NCBI GenBank assembly: GCA_964242885.1
Contig: CAXTBU010000012.1
Span: forward strand, 1-52,772
Source: an uncultured Actinomycetales bacterium
Lineage (GTDB): Bacteria > Actinomycetota > Actinomycetes > CAXTBU01
Length of the DNA: 52,772 bases
Direction: 5' to 3'
In this document: positions 16,503 through 25,348 of the stretch, one piece after another
How positions within the stretch are numbered: the first letter of the stretch is position 1
Layout of the letters: every line of letters starts with the position of its first letter
Position numbers and translations under genes: made by a program
Notes under the pieces: model-generated
Seen by the model: the letters and a program-made list of their open reading frames with translations, nothing else
What the model was told of the DNA's origin: nothing
The model's database searches: none

Positions 16503-17195
16503 TCAGAAGGCGGCGACGCCGGACCGGTCGATGAACGTGCCGGTGGGGCCCTCGCCGCCGCGGGTGGCCAGCTCGACGATCGCGTCCGTGCCCTCCTGCA
16601 CCGTCTGGGTGCCGGTGTTCCCGTTGAAGTCGGTGGCGGTGTACCCGGGGTCGGCCGCGTTGACCCGCATCTGGGGGAACGCCCTCGCGTACTGCACGGT
16701 GAGCATCGTGACGGCCGACTTCGACGAGGTGTAGAGCGGCGCGAGCACCTTCGACTCGATCCGCTCGGGATCGTGCACGAAGGCGAACGAGCCCAGACCA
16801 CTGGTCACGTTGACGATGGTCGGAGCGCTCGAGGCGCGCAGCAGCGGCGCGAACGCGCTGGTCGTGCGGACGATGCCCACGACGTTGGTGTCGTAGACGG
16901 CCAGGGCGTCCGCGGCCGTGAGGTCTGCGGCGTCGCTGTAGGAACCGACGATGCCGGCGTTGTTGACCAGGACGTCGAGGCCGCCCGCGGCGGCGACCGT
17001 CTCGGCGGCGGCGGCGACGGACGCGTCGCTGGTCACGTCGAGCTGCACGAAACGGCCGCCGAGGGCGTCCGCCGCCTGCTGCCCGCGCGCCGCGTCGCGG
17101 GCGCCGATCCACACGGTGTGCCCGGCCTGGATGAGGCGGCGGGCGGTTTCGTAGCCGAGGCCCTTGTTGGCTCCGGTGATCAGGGTTGTTGTCAT
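16503..17195 (-). CDS. SDR family oxidoreductase
   Basis: MTTTLITGANKGLGYETARRL...VLVNNAGI...YTSSKSAV (TGxxxGxG, NNAG, YxxxK). Start at ATG 17195. Confidence 0.9.
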   Translation of the reverse strand: MTTTLITGANKGLGYETARRLIQAGHTVWIGARDAARGQQAADALGGRFVQLDVTSDASVAAAAETVAAAGGLDVLVNNAGIVGSYSDAADLTAADALAVYDTNVVGIVRTTSAFAPLLRASSAPTIVNVTSGLGSFAFVHDPERIESKVLAPLYTSSKSAVTMLTVQYARAFPQMRVNAADPGYTATDFNGNTGTQTVQEGTDAIVELATRGGEGPTGTFIDRSGVAAF

Positions 17196-17307
17196 GCACA
17201 GAAGTCTGGTCCGGCGACGGCGGGCCGGCGTGGCCCGGCTGAGCATGCGGACCGGCAGTACCACCCAGCGCGCCTCAGGACCGTGCGGCCGCGGCCAGAC
17301 TGGGCGC

Positions 17308-18201
17308 ATGCCGGAACAGCACGGGAACCTCGGATCGCTGCTCCGATCGTGGCGCGACCGCCTCTCGCCAGCGGACGTCGGGCTGCGCGGCGGCGACTCC
17401 CGACGGGCGGCGGGGCTGCGGCGGGAGGAGCTCGCCTCGCTCGCCGGGCTGAGCGTCGACTACGTCGTCCGCCTGGAGCAGGGACGCGCCCGGCGGCCGT
17501 CGGACCAGGTCGCTGCGGCACTCGCCCGGGCGCTCCAGCTCACCGACGCGGAACGGGACCACCTGTTCGTCGTGGCAGGGCTGCTCCCGCCGTCGCCCGC
17601 CGAGGTGCCCGCGCACATCCCGCCCGGCGTGCAGCGCCTGGTGGCGCGCCTCGGGGAGATCCCGGTCGCCGTGTTCACCGCCTCGTGGGACCTGCTCAGC
17701 TGGAGCCCGCTGTGGGCGGCGCTGCTCGGCGAGCCCGTCCGTCCCGCCACGGGGCGACCGAACCTCGTGCGGGCCATGTTCACCGGGACGGCCCTGCACG
17801 CCGGCGGCGGGCAGACCGTCGGCCGCTCGGGCAGTGCCGAGGTCTTCGAGGCATCGCTGGTGGCCGACATCCGCCGGGTCCAGGGGCGGTACCCGGGCGA
17901 TCGCGGGGTGACCGCCCTGGTCCAGGAGTTGCTCGCGTCCAGCCAGCGGTTCCGGCAGCTGTGGGAGACCGGCGCGGTGAGCGAGCACCAGTCCGAGCGC
18001 AAGGTGGTGAGCAGCCCCGTCGTCGGGGACGTCGAGCTGGACTGTGACGTGTTCACCGTCGCCGGCACCGACCTGCGGATCGTCGCCTACACGGCGGCCT
18101 CGGGATCCGAGGCCGCCGCGAAGCTCGACTTCCTGCGCGTCTCGGCGGTCTCCGCGGTCCCGGCGGCCTCCGCGGTCGCCGAGGTCACGCCCACCCGCTG
18201 A
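17308..18201 (+). CDS. XRE-type HTH regulator with MmyB-like C-terminal domain
   Basis: MPEQHGNLGSLLRSWRDRLSPADVGL...GLRREELASLAGLSVDYVVRLEQGRARRPSDQV. Divergent from the SDR gene. Confidence 0.85.
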   Translation: MPEQHGNLGSLLRSWRDRLSPADVGLRGGDSRRAAGLRREELASLAGLSVDYVVRLEQGRARRPSDQVAAALARALQLTDAERDHLFVVAGLLPPSPAEVPAHIPPGVQRLVARLGEIPVAVFTASWDLLSWSPLWAALLGEPVRPATGRPNLVRAMFTGTALHAGGGQTVGRSGSAEVFEASLVADIRRVQGRYPGDRGVTALVQELLASSQRFRQLWETGAVSEHQSERKVVSSPVVGDVELDCDVFTVAGTDLRIVAYTAASGSEAAAKLDFLRVSAVSAVPAASAVAEVTPTR

Positions 18202-18204
18202 CGC

Positions 18205-18617
18205 TCACGACCTCCACTCGTCGACGTGCTGCTGTCCCTGCCAGGGGGCGGCCGGGCGCCCGGCGACGATCTCCTGCCAGACCTCCAGCGCGGAGGTGCC
18301 CGGTGGCGGCATCACCACGCGGGGGGCCGGGACGCCGTGGGCGGTGATGCCGTGGTCGAAGCCGCCGGGCACCAGCGTGTTGTACACCCGGCCGACGACG
18401 GACCTGCAGCGGAAGGAGTGCCGGGTGCCCGGCGGGATGTACACGTACGTGCCGGGGGAGCGGTGATCTCCTCCTCGGCGTCGTGGACGTGCGAGGGCGC
18501 GACGACGCCCTCGGGGAACGACCACGACCGGCAGGCCGCGCTGCGACTCCTGACCAGGCTCGGAGACTCCGTGCTGGCCGAGCTGGGTGCCGAGCCGACC
18601 CAGTCCCTCGCCGACAT
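18205..18617 (-). pseudogene. Cupin-domain gene, frameshifted with shortened inter-motif region
   Basis: Cupin motif 1 (FPEGVVAPSHVHDAEEEI) is in the frame of ORF 18312..18617. Motif 2 (GTYVYIPPGTRHSF) is in the frame of ORF 18205..18525. The two are only a few codons apart (~18450..18470). Confidence 0.5.
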
Positions 18618-18711
18618 CTGACCGACCGCCGTCCGGCCCGCGCCGAACGTCTGAGGGTCACCGTTCCCACCGCGGGTCCGCCTGCGCGTGCACGCGCCCT
18701 ACCGTGCCCGG

Positions 18712-19893
18712 ATGCTGTCGACGTTCGCCGTCGAGAACTACCGGTCGCTGCGCCGGTTGGTGATCGGCCTGGGCCGCGTCACGGTGGTGACCGGGGGCAA
18801 CGGCACCGGCAAGTCCAGCCTCTACCGGGCGTTGCGGCTGCTCGCGGACGTGTCCCGCAACGGCGCGGTCGGCGCGCTGGCCCGTCAGGGCGGGCTGGCC
18901 TCGACGTTGTGGGCCGGCCCGCAGGAGCTGGGGCGCGCCGTCCGCGAGGGCCGGCACCCGGTGCAGGGAACGGTGCGCAGCCGCCCGGTCGAGCTGCGCC
19001 TCGGGTTCGCCGGGGACGACGTCAGCTACGCCGTCGACTTCGGCCTGCCCGTTCGGTCCGGGGGGTCGCTGTTCGCGCTGGACCCGGAGATCAAGCGGGA
19101 GTGCACCTGGAGCGGGCCGGTGCTGCGGCCGGCGGCGCTGCTGTCGGACCGGTCAGGACCGGCGGTCCGGCTGCGCGGCGACGACGGTTCCTGGGCCTCC
19201 CTCGGGTACCAGCTGCAGCCGTTCGACAGCATGCTCAGCCAGGTCGCCGACCCCGACCGGGCACCGGAGTTGCTGCTGCTGCGGGAGCAGATGCGTGCGT
19301 GGCGGTTCTACGACCACCTCCGCACCGACGCCGCCGCGCCGGCCCGGGCCGCGCACGTCGGGACCCGCACTCCGGTGCTGAGCCCGGACGGCGGCGACCT
19401 CGCGGCCGCCCTGCAGACCATCCGGGAGACCGGGGACGCCGCCGCCCTGGACCGGGCGGTCGACTCCGCGTTCCCCGGCAGCACGGTCGAGGTGACGACC
19501 ACCGGCGGACTGTTCGAGCTGGCCCTGCGTCAGCCGGGCCTGCTGCGGCCGCTGACCGTCCCGGAGCTGTCCGACGGGACCCTGCGCTACCTGCTGTGGG
19601 TCGCGGCCCTGCTGACGCCGACCCCGCCACCGCTGCTCGTGCTCAACGAACCCGAGACCAGCCTCCACCCGCAGCTGCTCGCGGCCCTGGCCGAGCTGAT
19701 CGGCGGCGCCGGCCGGCGGGCGCAGCTGATCGTGGTCACCCACTCCCAGCAGCTGATCGCCGAACTGTCCGCCGCCACCGACCCCGGCACCGCGGCGCCC
19801 ACGCTGATCGAGCTGGCCAAGGACCTCGGTCAGACCACGGCTGCCGGGCAGGGCCTGCTCGACGGACCGCCCTGGCACTGGCCCACCCGCTGA
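18712..19893 (+). CDS. Stand-alone ABC/SMC-like AAA ATPase (AAA_15/AAA_21 type, COG4637-like)
   Basis: MLSTFAVENYRSLRRLVIGLGRVTVVTGGNGTGKSSLYRAL (Walker A)...LSDGTLRYLLWVAALL...LLVLNEPETSLHPQLL (Walker B)...IVVTHSQQL. Confidence 0.8.
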   Translation: MLSTFAVENYRSLRRLVIGLGRVTVVTGGNGTGKSSLYRALRLLADVSRNGAVGALARQGGLASTLWAGPQELGRAVREGRHPVQGTVRSRPVELRLGFAGDDVSYAVDFGLPVRSGGSLFALDPEIKRECTWSGPVLRPAALLSDRSGPAVRLRGDDGSWASLGYQLQPFDSMLSQVADPDRAPELLLLREQMRAWRFYDHLRTDAAAPARAAHVGTRTPVLSPDGGDLAAALQTIRETGDAAALDRAVDSAFPGSTVEVTTTGGLFELALRQPGLLRPLTVPELSDGTLRYLLWVAALLTPTPPPLLVLNEPETSLHPQLLAALAELIGGAGRRAQLIVVTHSQQLIAELSAATDPGTAAPTLIELAKDLGQTTAAGQGLLDGPPWHWPTR

Positions 19894-19950
19894 AGCCGCT
19901 GAACCCGGTACGGGTGGCAGTCCGCCTGCGCCGTCGGACCGCGGCGACGG

Positions 19951-22029
19951 TCACGGCGCATCGGCGGGCGCTCCAGCTGCCAGGCCGAGGCGCTCGAGCA
20001 GTGGGCCGGTCGTGGGGTCGGCGCCGGTGAACGCCCGGTACGCGGCGGCCGGGTCGACGGTCCCCCCGCGGGACAGCACCTCCCGCCGGAACCGGTCGCC
20101 GTTCTCCCGGGTCAGCCCGCCGTGCTCGCCGAACCAGCGCACGGCGTCCGCGTCGAGCACCTCACTCCACAGGTAGGCGTAGTAGCGCGCGCTGTACCCG
20201 CCGCCGAACGTGTGGTTGAAGTAGCTGCTGCGGTAGCGCGGCGGCACCGCGGGCAGGTCCAGGTCGTGCGCCGCCAGCGCCGCGGACTCGAACGCCTCGA
20301 CGTCCTCGGGGGCGACCTGCTGGCCGGCGGGCAGCCGGTGCCAGGCCAGGTCCAGCAGGGTCGCCGCGAGCATCTCCGCCGTCGCGTGGCCCTGCGGCGC
20401 CGACTGCGCGCGCACCGACTCGGCCAGCTCCGCCGGCAGCGGTGCACCGGTGCGGTGGTGGCGGGCGTACCGCGCCAGCACCCCCGGGTCGGCGGCCCAC
20501 ATCTCGTTGACCTGGCTGGGGAACTCCACGAAGTCCTGGGGGACCGAGGTGCCGGACAGCAGGGGGTGTTCGACGTCGGACAGCAGGCCGTGCAGCGCGT
20601 GCCCGAACTCGTGGAAGGCGGTGGTGACCTCGTCCAGGCTCAGCAGGACCGGCTCGCCGTCCGGCGGGCGGGGGATGTTCAGCACGTTGATCACCACCGG
20701 CAGCGTCTCCAGCAGACGCGACTGGTCGACGAGGTTGGTCATCCACGCCCCGCCGCGCTTGGACTCCCGGGCGAACGGGTCCAGCACGAACAGGCCGCGC
20801 GGCGAGCCGTCGGCGTCGGTGACCTCGAACGTCCGCACGTCGGGGTGGTGGGTCGGCAGGTCGTGGCGCTCGGCGAACGCCAGCCCGTACAGCCCGGTGG
20901 CGGCGGCGAACACCCCGTCCCGGTACACGGCGTCGAGCTCCAGGTGGTCCCGGATCGAGCCCGCGTCGGGTGCGGCGCCACCGGTCGCGGCGCCCTTGGC
21001 GGCGTAGTAGGCCCAGTCCCACGGCTGCAGCGGGCCGTCGATGCCGTCGGCGGCCATCAGGGCCTCCAGGTCCGCCTGTTCCGCGCGGGCGTTCGCCGCC
21101 GCGCGGGGAGCCAGCGGCCCGAGCACGGCGAGCACCGCATCGACGCTGCCCGCCGTCTGGTCGGCGATCACCCAGTCCGCGTGGGTCGCGTACCCGAGCA
21201 GGCCGGCGCGCTCGGCCCGCGCGGCCGCGATCCGGGTCAGCAGTGCCCGGGTGTCGGTGTCGTTGCCCCGCAGCCCACGGTTGGTCGCTGCGCGGTGCAG
21301 CTGCTCGCGCAGCGCTCGGTCGTGCAGCGACGCCAGCGCCGGCTGGCCGGTCGACAGCACCAGGGGCAGCAGCCAGCCGGACTGCCCGCGCTCGGTCGCG
21401 GCGGCGGCGGCGGATGCCACCTCGCCGGCGGTCAGCCCGGCCAGCCGGGCGGCGTCGTCGACCACCACCGCGAGAGCACTGGTCTCGGCCAGCAGCGCCC
21501 GGCGGAACGCGGCCTCGAGCCCGGACAGCTCCTCGTTCAACGCCCGCAGGCGGTCCCGGCCGAGCTCGTCCAGGCCGGCACCGGCCCGGACCCGGTCGCG
21601 GTGGTGCCGGTCCAGGACGGCGACCTCCTCGGGCTCCAGCCAGATCCCGTCCCGTTCCGCGTGCACCGCGCTGAGCCGGGCGAACAGCCGCGGGTCCAGC
21701 GCCACGGCGTCCTCGTGCGCCGCCAGGCGCGGCGCCAGCTCGGCCTCCAGCGCGCGCAGTCCCGTGGTCGACGCGGTGCCGACGAGGGTGTCGAACACCT
21801 TCTGGACGCGGGAGAGCAGTGCACCGGACCGCTCGAGGGGCTCGACGGTGTTGGCGAAGGTCGGTGGGGTCGGGTCGGCGGCGACGGCCTCCACTTCCGC
21901 CCGCTGCTCGGCCATCCCCGCGTCGAAGGCCGGCGCGAGGTGCTCGGCACGGACCCGGTCGAACGGGGGGAACGCGAACGGCAGCGCGCTCGGCTCGGCG
22001 AACGGGTTGTCGGCAGGCAGGTCCGTCAC
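19951..22029 (-). CDS. dcp: M3 family metallopeptidase, peptidyl-dipeptidase Dcp type
   Basis: 692-aa ORF with the HEFGH zinc motif (TTAFHEFGHALHGLL) and M3-type flanking sequence. Confidence 0.9.
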   Translation of the reverse strand: MTDLPADNPFAEPSALPFAFPPFDRVRAEHLAPAFDAGMAEQRAEVEAVAADPTPPTFANTVEPLERSGALLSRVQKVFDTLVGTASTTGLRALEAELAPRLAAHEDAVALDPRLFARLSAVHAERDGIWLEPEEVAVLDRHHRDRVRAGAGLDELGRDRLRALNEELSGLEAAFRRALLAETSALAVVVDDAARLAGLTAGEVASAAAAATERGQSGWLLPLVLSTGQPALASLHDRALREQLHRAATNRGLRGNDTDTRALLTRIAAARAERAGLLGYATHADWVIADQTAGSVDAVLAVLGPLAPRAAANARAEQADLEALMAADGIDGPLQPWDWAYYAAKGAATGGAAPDAGSIRDHLELDAVYRDGVFAAATGLYGLAFAERHDLPTHHPDVRTFEVTDADGSPRGLFVLDPFARESKRGGAWMTNLVDQSRLLETLPVVINVLNIPRPPDGEPVLLSLDEVTTAFHEFGHALHGLLSDVEHPLLSGTSVPQDFVEFPSQVNEMWAADPGVLARYARHHRTGAPLPAELAESVRAQSAPQGHATAEMLAATLLDLAWHRLPAGQQVAPEDVEAFESAALAAHDLDLPAVPPRYRSSYFNHTFGGGYSARYYAYLWSEVLDADAVRWFGEHGGLTRENGDRFRREVLSRGGTVDPAAAYRAFTGADPTTGPLLERLGLAAGAPADAP

Positions 22030-22098
22030 GCCGGGGACGGTAGTCCGGCGACCGGCCCCGCCGCACCCGGACGGGCGCTCGTCCCGCCCACCGACCGG

Positions 22099-23955
22099 TC
22101 ACGCTCCGGTGAGCACCGCTCTCAGGTCGTCGGCCACCGCGGCCAGCGTCGCCGCGGCCACCGACCGCGCGGCGCCCACGTCGACGGCGTCGGGGAGCAC
22201 CACCTCCAGGTAGCACTTGAGCTTGCGCTCGGTCCCGGACGGTCGGACGACGACCCAGCCGTGCGGACCCGCGTCGGCGGCCAGTTCCAGGCGCAGCCCC
22301 GGCGTCGGCGGCAGCCCGTCCGCCGGGGCGGCCAGGTCGTCGGTCCGGGTGACCGGCAGGCCGCCGAGGCGGTCCGGGGCCGCGACCCGCAGCCGGTGCA
22401 GCGCGACGTCGCGCTCGGCCAGGTCGGTCACCCGGAGAGACAGCTGCGAGGTGGCGTGCAGGCCGTGCGCCCGCGCGAGGTCGTCGAGTGCCTCGGCGAG
22501 TGTCGCGCCGTCGTCGGCGAGGCGGGCCGCCAGGTCCAGCACCAGCAGTCCCGCCGAGATGCCGTCCTTGTCCGCGACCCCGTCCGGGTCCACGCAGTAG
22601 CCGAGGGCCTCCTCGTATGCGTAGCGCAGGCCCGGGACGCGGGCCAGCCACTTGAAGCCGGTCAGCGTCCGGACGACCGGGACGCCGTGGGCGGCCGCGA
22701 TCGAGTCCAACCAGGTGGAGGAGACGATCGTCCGGGCGAACACGGTCCGCGCGGGGTCGACGCCGGCGAGCGGCCCGGCCTCGCCGACCAGCCGGGAGGC
22801 CAGCAGGACGCCCACCTCGTCCCCGGTCAGCCGGCGCCAGCCGCCCTCGACGGCCGGGTCCGGGACGGCCACCGCGCACCGGTCGGCGTCCGGGTCCGAC
22901 GCCACGACCAGGTCTGCCTCGGTCTGGCGGGCGAGGTCGAACGCGAGGTCCAGGACGCCGGACTCCTCCGGGTTGGGGAACGGCGTGGTCGGGAAGTCCG
23001 GGTCCGGCCGCGCCTGCTCCGGGACCTGCAGCGGCGCGCCGAACCCGGCAGCCGCGGCGACGGCGGCGAACACCGGCCCGCCGACGCCGTGCACCGCGGT
23101 GTGCACCACCCGCAGCCCGGCCCGCCCGGGCCCGGTCGGCCCGACGAGCCCGGCCACGCGGGCGGTGTACGCGGTCAGCAGCCCGCCGCCGGGCGCGCCC
23201 GCGGTTCCGCCTCCGGGCGCGTCGGCCGGCGCGTGCCCGCCGGGCGCGTCGACGTCGGGGACCTCGACGCGCTCGTCGTCCAGCGCGATGCCGACGACCG
23301 GGCCGACCGCGGCGATCGCGGCCGCGATCACGGCGTCGTCGGGGGCGACGAGCTGGCTGCCGGTGCCGAGGTAGACCTTGTAGCCGTTGTCCGGCGCGGG
23401 GTTGTGGCTGGCCGTGACCATCACCCCGGCGTCCACCCCGAGGTGCCGGACGGCGAAGGCGAGGACCGGCGTCGGCAGCGGGCGGGGGAACAGCACGGCG
23501 CGCAGCCCGGCCGCCGACGCGACCCGTGCGGTGTCCCGGGCGAAGTCGGCCGAGCGGTGGCGCGCGTCGAAGCCGATGACGATCCCGCGGGCGCCGCGTT
23601 CCACGAGGACGGCCACCAACCCGGCCGCGGCCCGGAGCACGACCGCCCGGTTCATCCGGTTCGGTCCCGCCCCGAGCTCGCCGCGCAGGCCGGCGGTGCC
23701 GAACTGCAGGGAGCCGGCGAAACGGTCGGCCAGCTCGGCGGCCGCGCCGGCATCGCCGCCGGTACCGCTGCCGGTACCCCCGCCGGTACCGCTGCCGCCG
23801 GTGTCCCCGCCGCCCGGGCCGCAGGCGCGCTCGATCAGCGACGTCAGCTCGTCGCGGGTGACCGGGTCCGGGTCGTCGGCGGCCCAGGCCCGGGCCCGGG
23901 TGACCAGCTCGCCCGGGACCGCGGTCGCCGCGGCGGTGCCCATCTCAGCCGTCAT
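22099..23955 (-). CDS. Phospho-sugar mutase (phosphomannomutase/phosphoglucomutase family)
   Basis: FGTAGLRG, MVTASHNPAPDNGYKVY (active-site Ser loop), ASDPDADR, RPSGTE. The start could also be ATG 23943. Confidence 0.9.
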   Translation of the reverse strand: MTAEMGTAAATAVPGELVTRARAWAADDPDPVTRDELTSLIERACGPGGGDTGGSGTGGGTGSGTGGDAGAAAELADRFAGSLQFGTAGLRGELGAGPNRMNRAVVLRAAAGLVAVLVERGARGIVIGFDARHRSADFARDTARVASAAGLRAVLFPRPLPTPVLAFAVRHLGVDAGVMVTASHNPAPDNGYKVYLGTGSQLVAPDDAVIAAAIAAVGPVVGIALDDERVEVPDVDAPGGHAPADAPGGGTAGAPGGGLLTAYTARVAGLVGPTGPGRAGLRVVHTAVHGVGGPVFAAVAAAAGFGAPLQVPEQARPDPDFPTTPFPNPEESGVLDLAFDLARQTEADLVVASDPDADRCAVAVPDPAVEGGWRRLTGDEVGVLLASRLVGEAGPLAGVDPARTVFARTIVSSTWLDSIAAAHGVPVVRTLTGFKWLARVPGLRYAYEEALGYCVDPDGVADKDGISAGLLVLDLAARLADDGATLAEALDDLARAHGLHATSQLSLRVTDLAERDVALHRLRVAAPDRLGGLPVTRTDDLAAPADGLPPTPGLRLELAADAGPHGWVVVRPSGTERKLKCYLEVVLPDAVDVGAARSVAAATLAAVADDLRAVLTGA

Positions 23956-24394
23956 CGCGGACCGGCCGCCGGCGCAGCCCGTCGACGTAGTCCGGTGGGG
24001 CGCCGGCCGCGTCCGCGGCCGCGGCGACCAGGTCGCGGGTGCGCGCGGACGGCAGGCCGCCCTCGAACGCGTCCAGCACGTAGACGAACGCCGGGCTGTC
24101 GCCCTCCAGCGTCTGCACCCGGACCCTGATCTTGCGGAACAGGCCGGTGTCCGCGCTCTCCCAGCGGTCCAGCGAGGTCTCGTCGGCGGCGGAGATCTCG
24201 TACAGCGCGACGTAGACCTGGCTGTCCGGGTCCTCCACCACCGTCGGCAGCGGGCCGTCCCAGCCCATGTCCTCGCCCCCGAAGGTCAGCCGCCACCCGG
24301 GCAGCCAGCCGCAGTCGCGCAGCGGCGACTCCGGGCATCGCTGGCGCATCTGGGCCGGGTCCAGGTTCGACCCGTAGGCGGCGTACAGGGTCAC
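23945..24394 (-). CDS. Gamma-glutamylcyclotransferase (GGCT/AIG2-like) family protein
   Basis: GTG 24394. VTLYAAYGSNLDPAQMRQRCPESP...VYVALYEI. The N-terminal extension in the track is rejected. Confidence 0.8.
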   Translation of the reverse strand: MTLYAAYGSNLDPAQMRQRCPESPLRDCGWLPGWRLTFGGEDMGWDGPLPTVVEDPDSQVYVALYEISAADETSLDRWESADTGLFRKIRVRVQTLEGDSPAFVYVLDAFEGGLPSARTRDLVAAAADAAGAPPDYVDGLRRRPVRDDG

Positions 24395-24441
24395 GGCGCG
24401 AGAGCGTATCGACCGGGCGTGGTCGGCAGCACACTCGTCCG

Positions 24442-25248
24442 GTGGGCGACGGGACGGGCGCGGGCCTGCCGGCGGTGGTGCACCGGCTGCGCGCCGCGGG
24501 CTGTGTGTTCGCCGAGGACGAGGCGGCGCTGCTCGTCGCGGCGGCCGCGACACCGGCCGAGCTCGAGACGCTGGTCGGCCGCCGGGTCTCCGGTGCCCCG
24601 CTGGAGCAGGTCCTCGGCTGGGCGGAGTTCTGCGGGCTGCGGATCGTCGTGGAGCCGGGCGTCTTCGTGCCCCGGCGGCGCACGCAGGTGCTGGCCCGGC
24701 AGGCGGTCGACCTCGCCCGGCTGCTCCCCCACCCGGTCGTCGTGGACCTGTGCTGCGGTTCCGGGGCGGTGGCCGCCGCGGTGGCGGCGGCGGTGGACCC
24801 GGTCCAGCTGTACGCCGCCGACGTCGACCCCGCCGCGGTGCGCTGCGCCCGCCGCAACGTCCCGCCGCCCGGCCAGGTGGTCGCGGGCGACCTGTTCGCG
24901 GCGCTGCCGGCCCGACTGCGCGGGCGGGTCGACGTCCTGGTCGTCAACGCGCCGTACGTGCCGACCGGGGCGATCGCCACGATGCCGCCGGAGGCCCGGC
25001 TGCACGAGCCGCCGGTCGCGCTGGACGGGGGACCGGACGGCCTGCACGTCCAGCGCCGCGTCGCCGCGGGCGCCCGGGACTGGCTGGCCCCGGGTGGGCA
25101 CCTGCTCCTGGAGTCCAGCGATCACCAGGCATCGGCCACGCTCGGCCTGGTCACCGGCGGCGGGCTGGACGGACGGGTCGTCCGCTCGTTCGAGCTCGAC
25201 GCGACAGTCGTCGTGGGCACCGCGCCGGCCGCGCGAGCGGGCACCTGA
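24442..25248 (+). CDS. PrmC/PrmB-related putative protein N5-glutamine methyltransferase (NAPY variant of NPPY)
   Basis: VVDLCCGSGAVA (SAM motif I) and LVVNAPYVP (substrate motif variant). Confidence 0.8.
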   Translation: MGDGTGAGLPAVVHRLRAAGCVFAEDEAALLVAAAATPAELETLVGRRVSGAPLEQVLGWAEFCGLRIVVEPGVFVPRRRTQVLARQAVDLARLLPHPVVVDLCCGSGAVAAAVAAAVDPVQLYAADVDPAAVRCARRNVPPPGQVVAGDLFAALPARLRGRVDVLVVNAPYVPTGAIATMPPEARLHEPPVALDGGPDGLHVQRRVAAGARDWLAPGGHLLLESSDHQASATLGLVTGGGLDGRVVRSFELDATVVVGTAPAARAGT

Positions 25249-25348
25249 GCGGCTCGGCGACGGCGCCCCACTGGACCGATCGGTTACGGCGTCCACCAGG
25301 CGTGCGCCGCTCAGGTGGGTGTCACCTCCGCCTTGGGACCGTCCGGCC

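Noticed and set aside
20122-24129. Very long Arg/Pro/Gly-rich ORFs such as 20122..24129(+), 20162..22879(-), 35243..37681(-), 9457..11742(+) and 16410..18047(+)
   Set aside because: These are shadow frames opposite to, or offset from, genes with clear family motifs. High G+C suppresses stop codons, and the composition is typical of non-coding frames.
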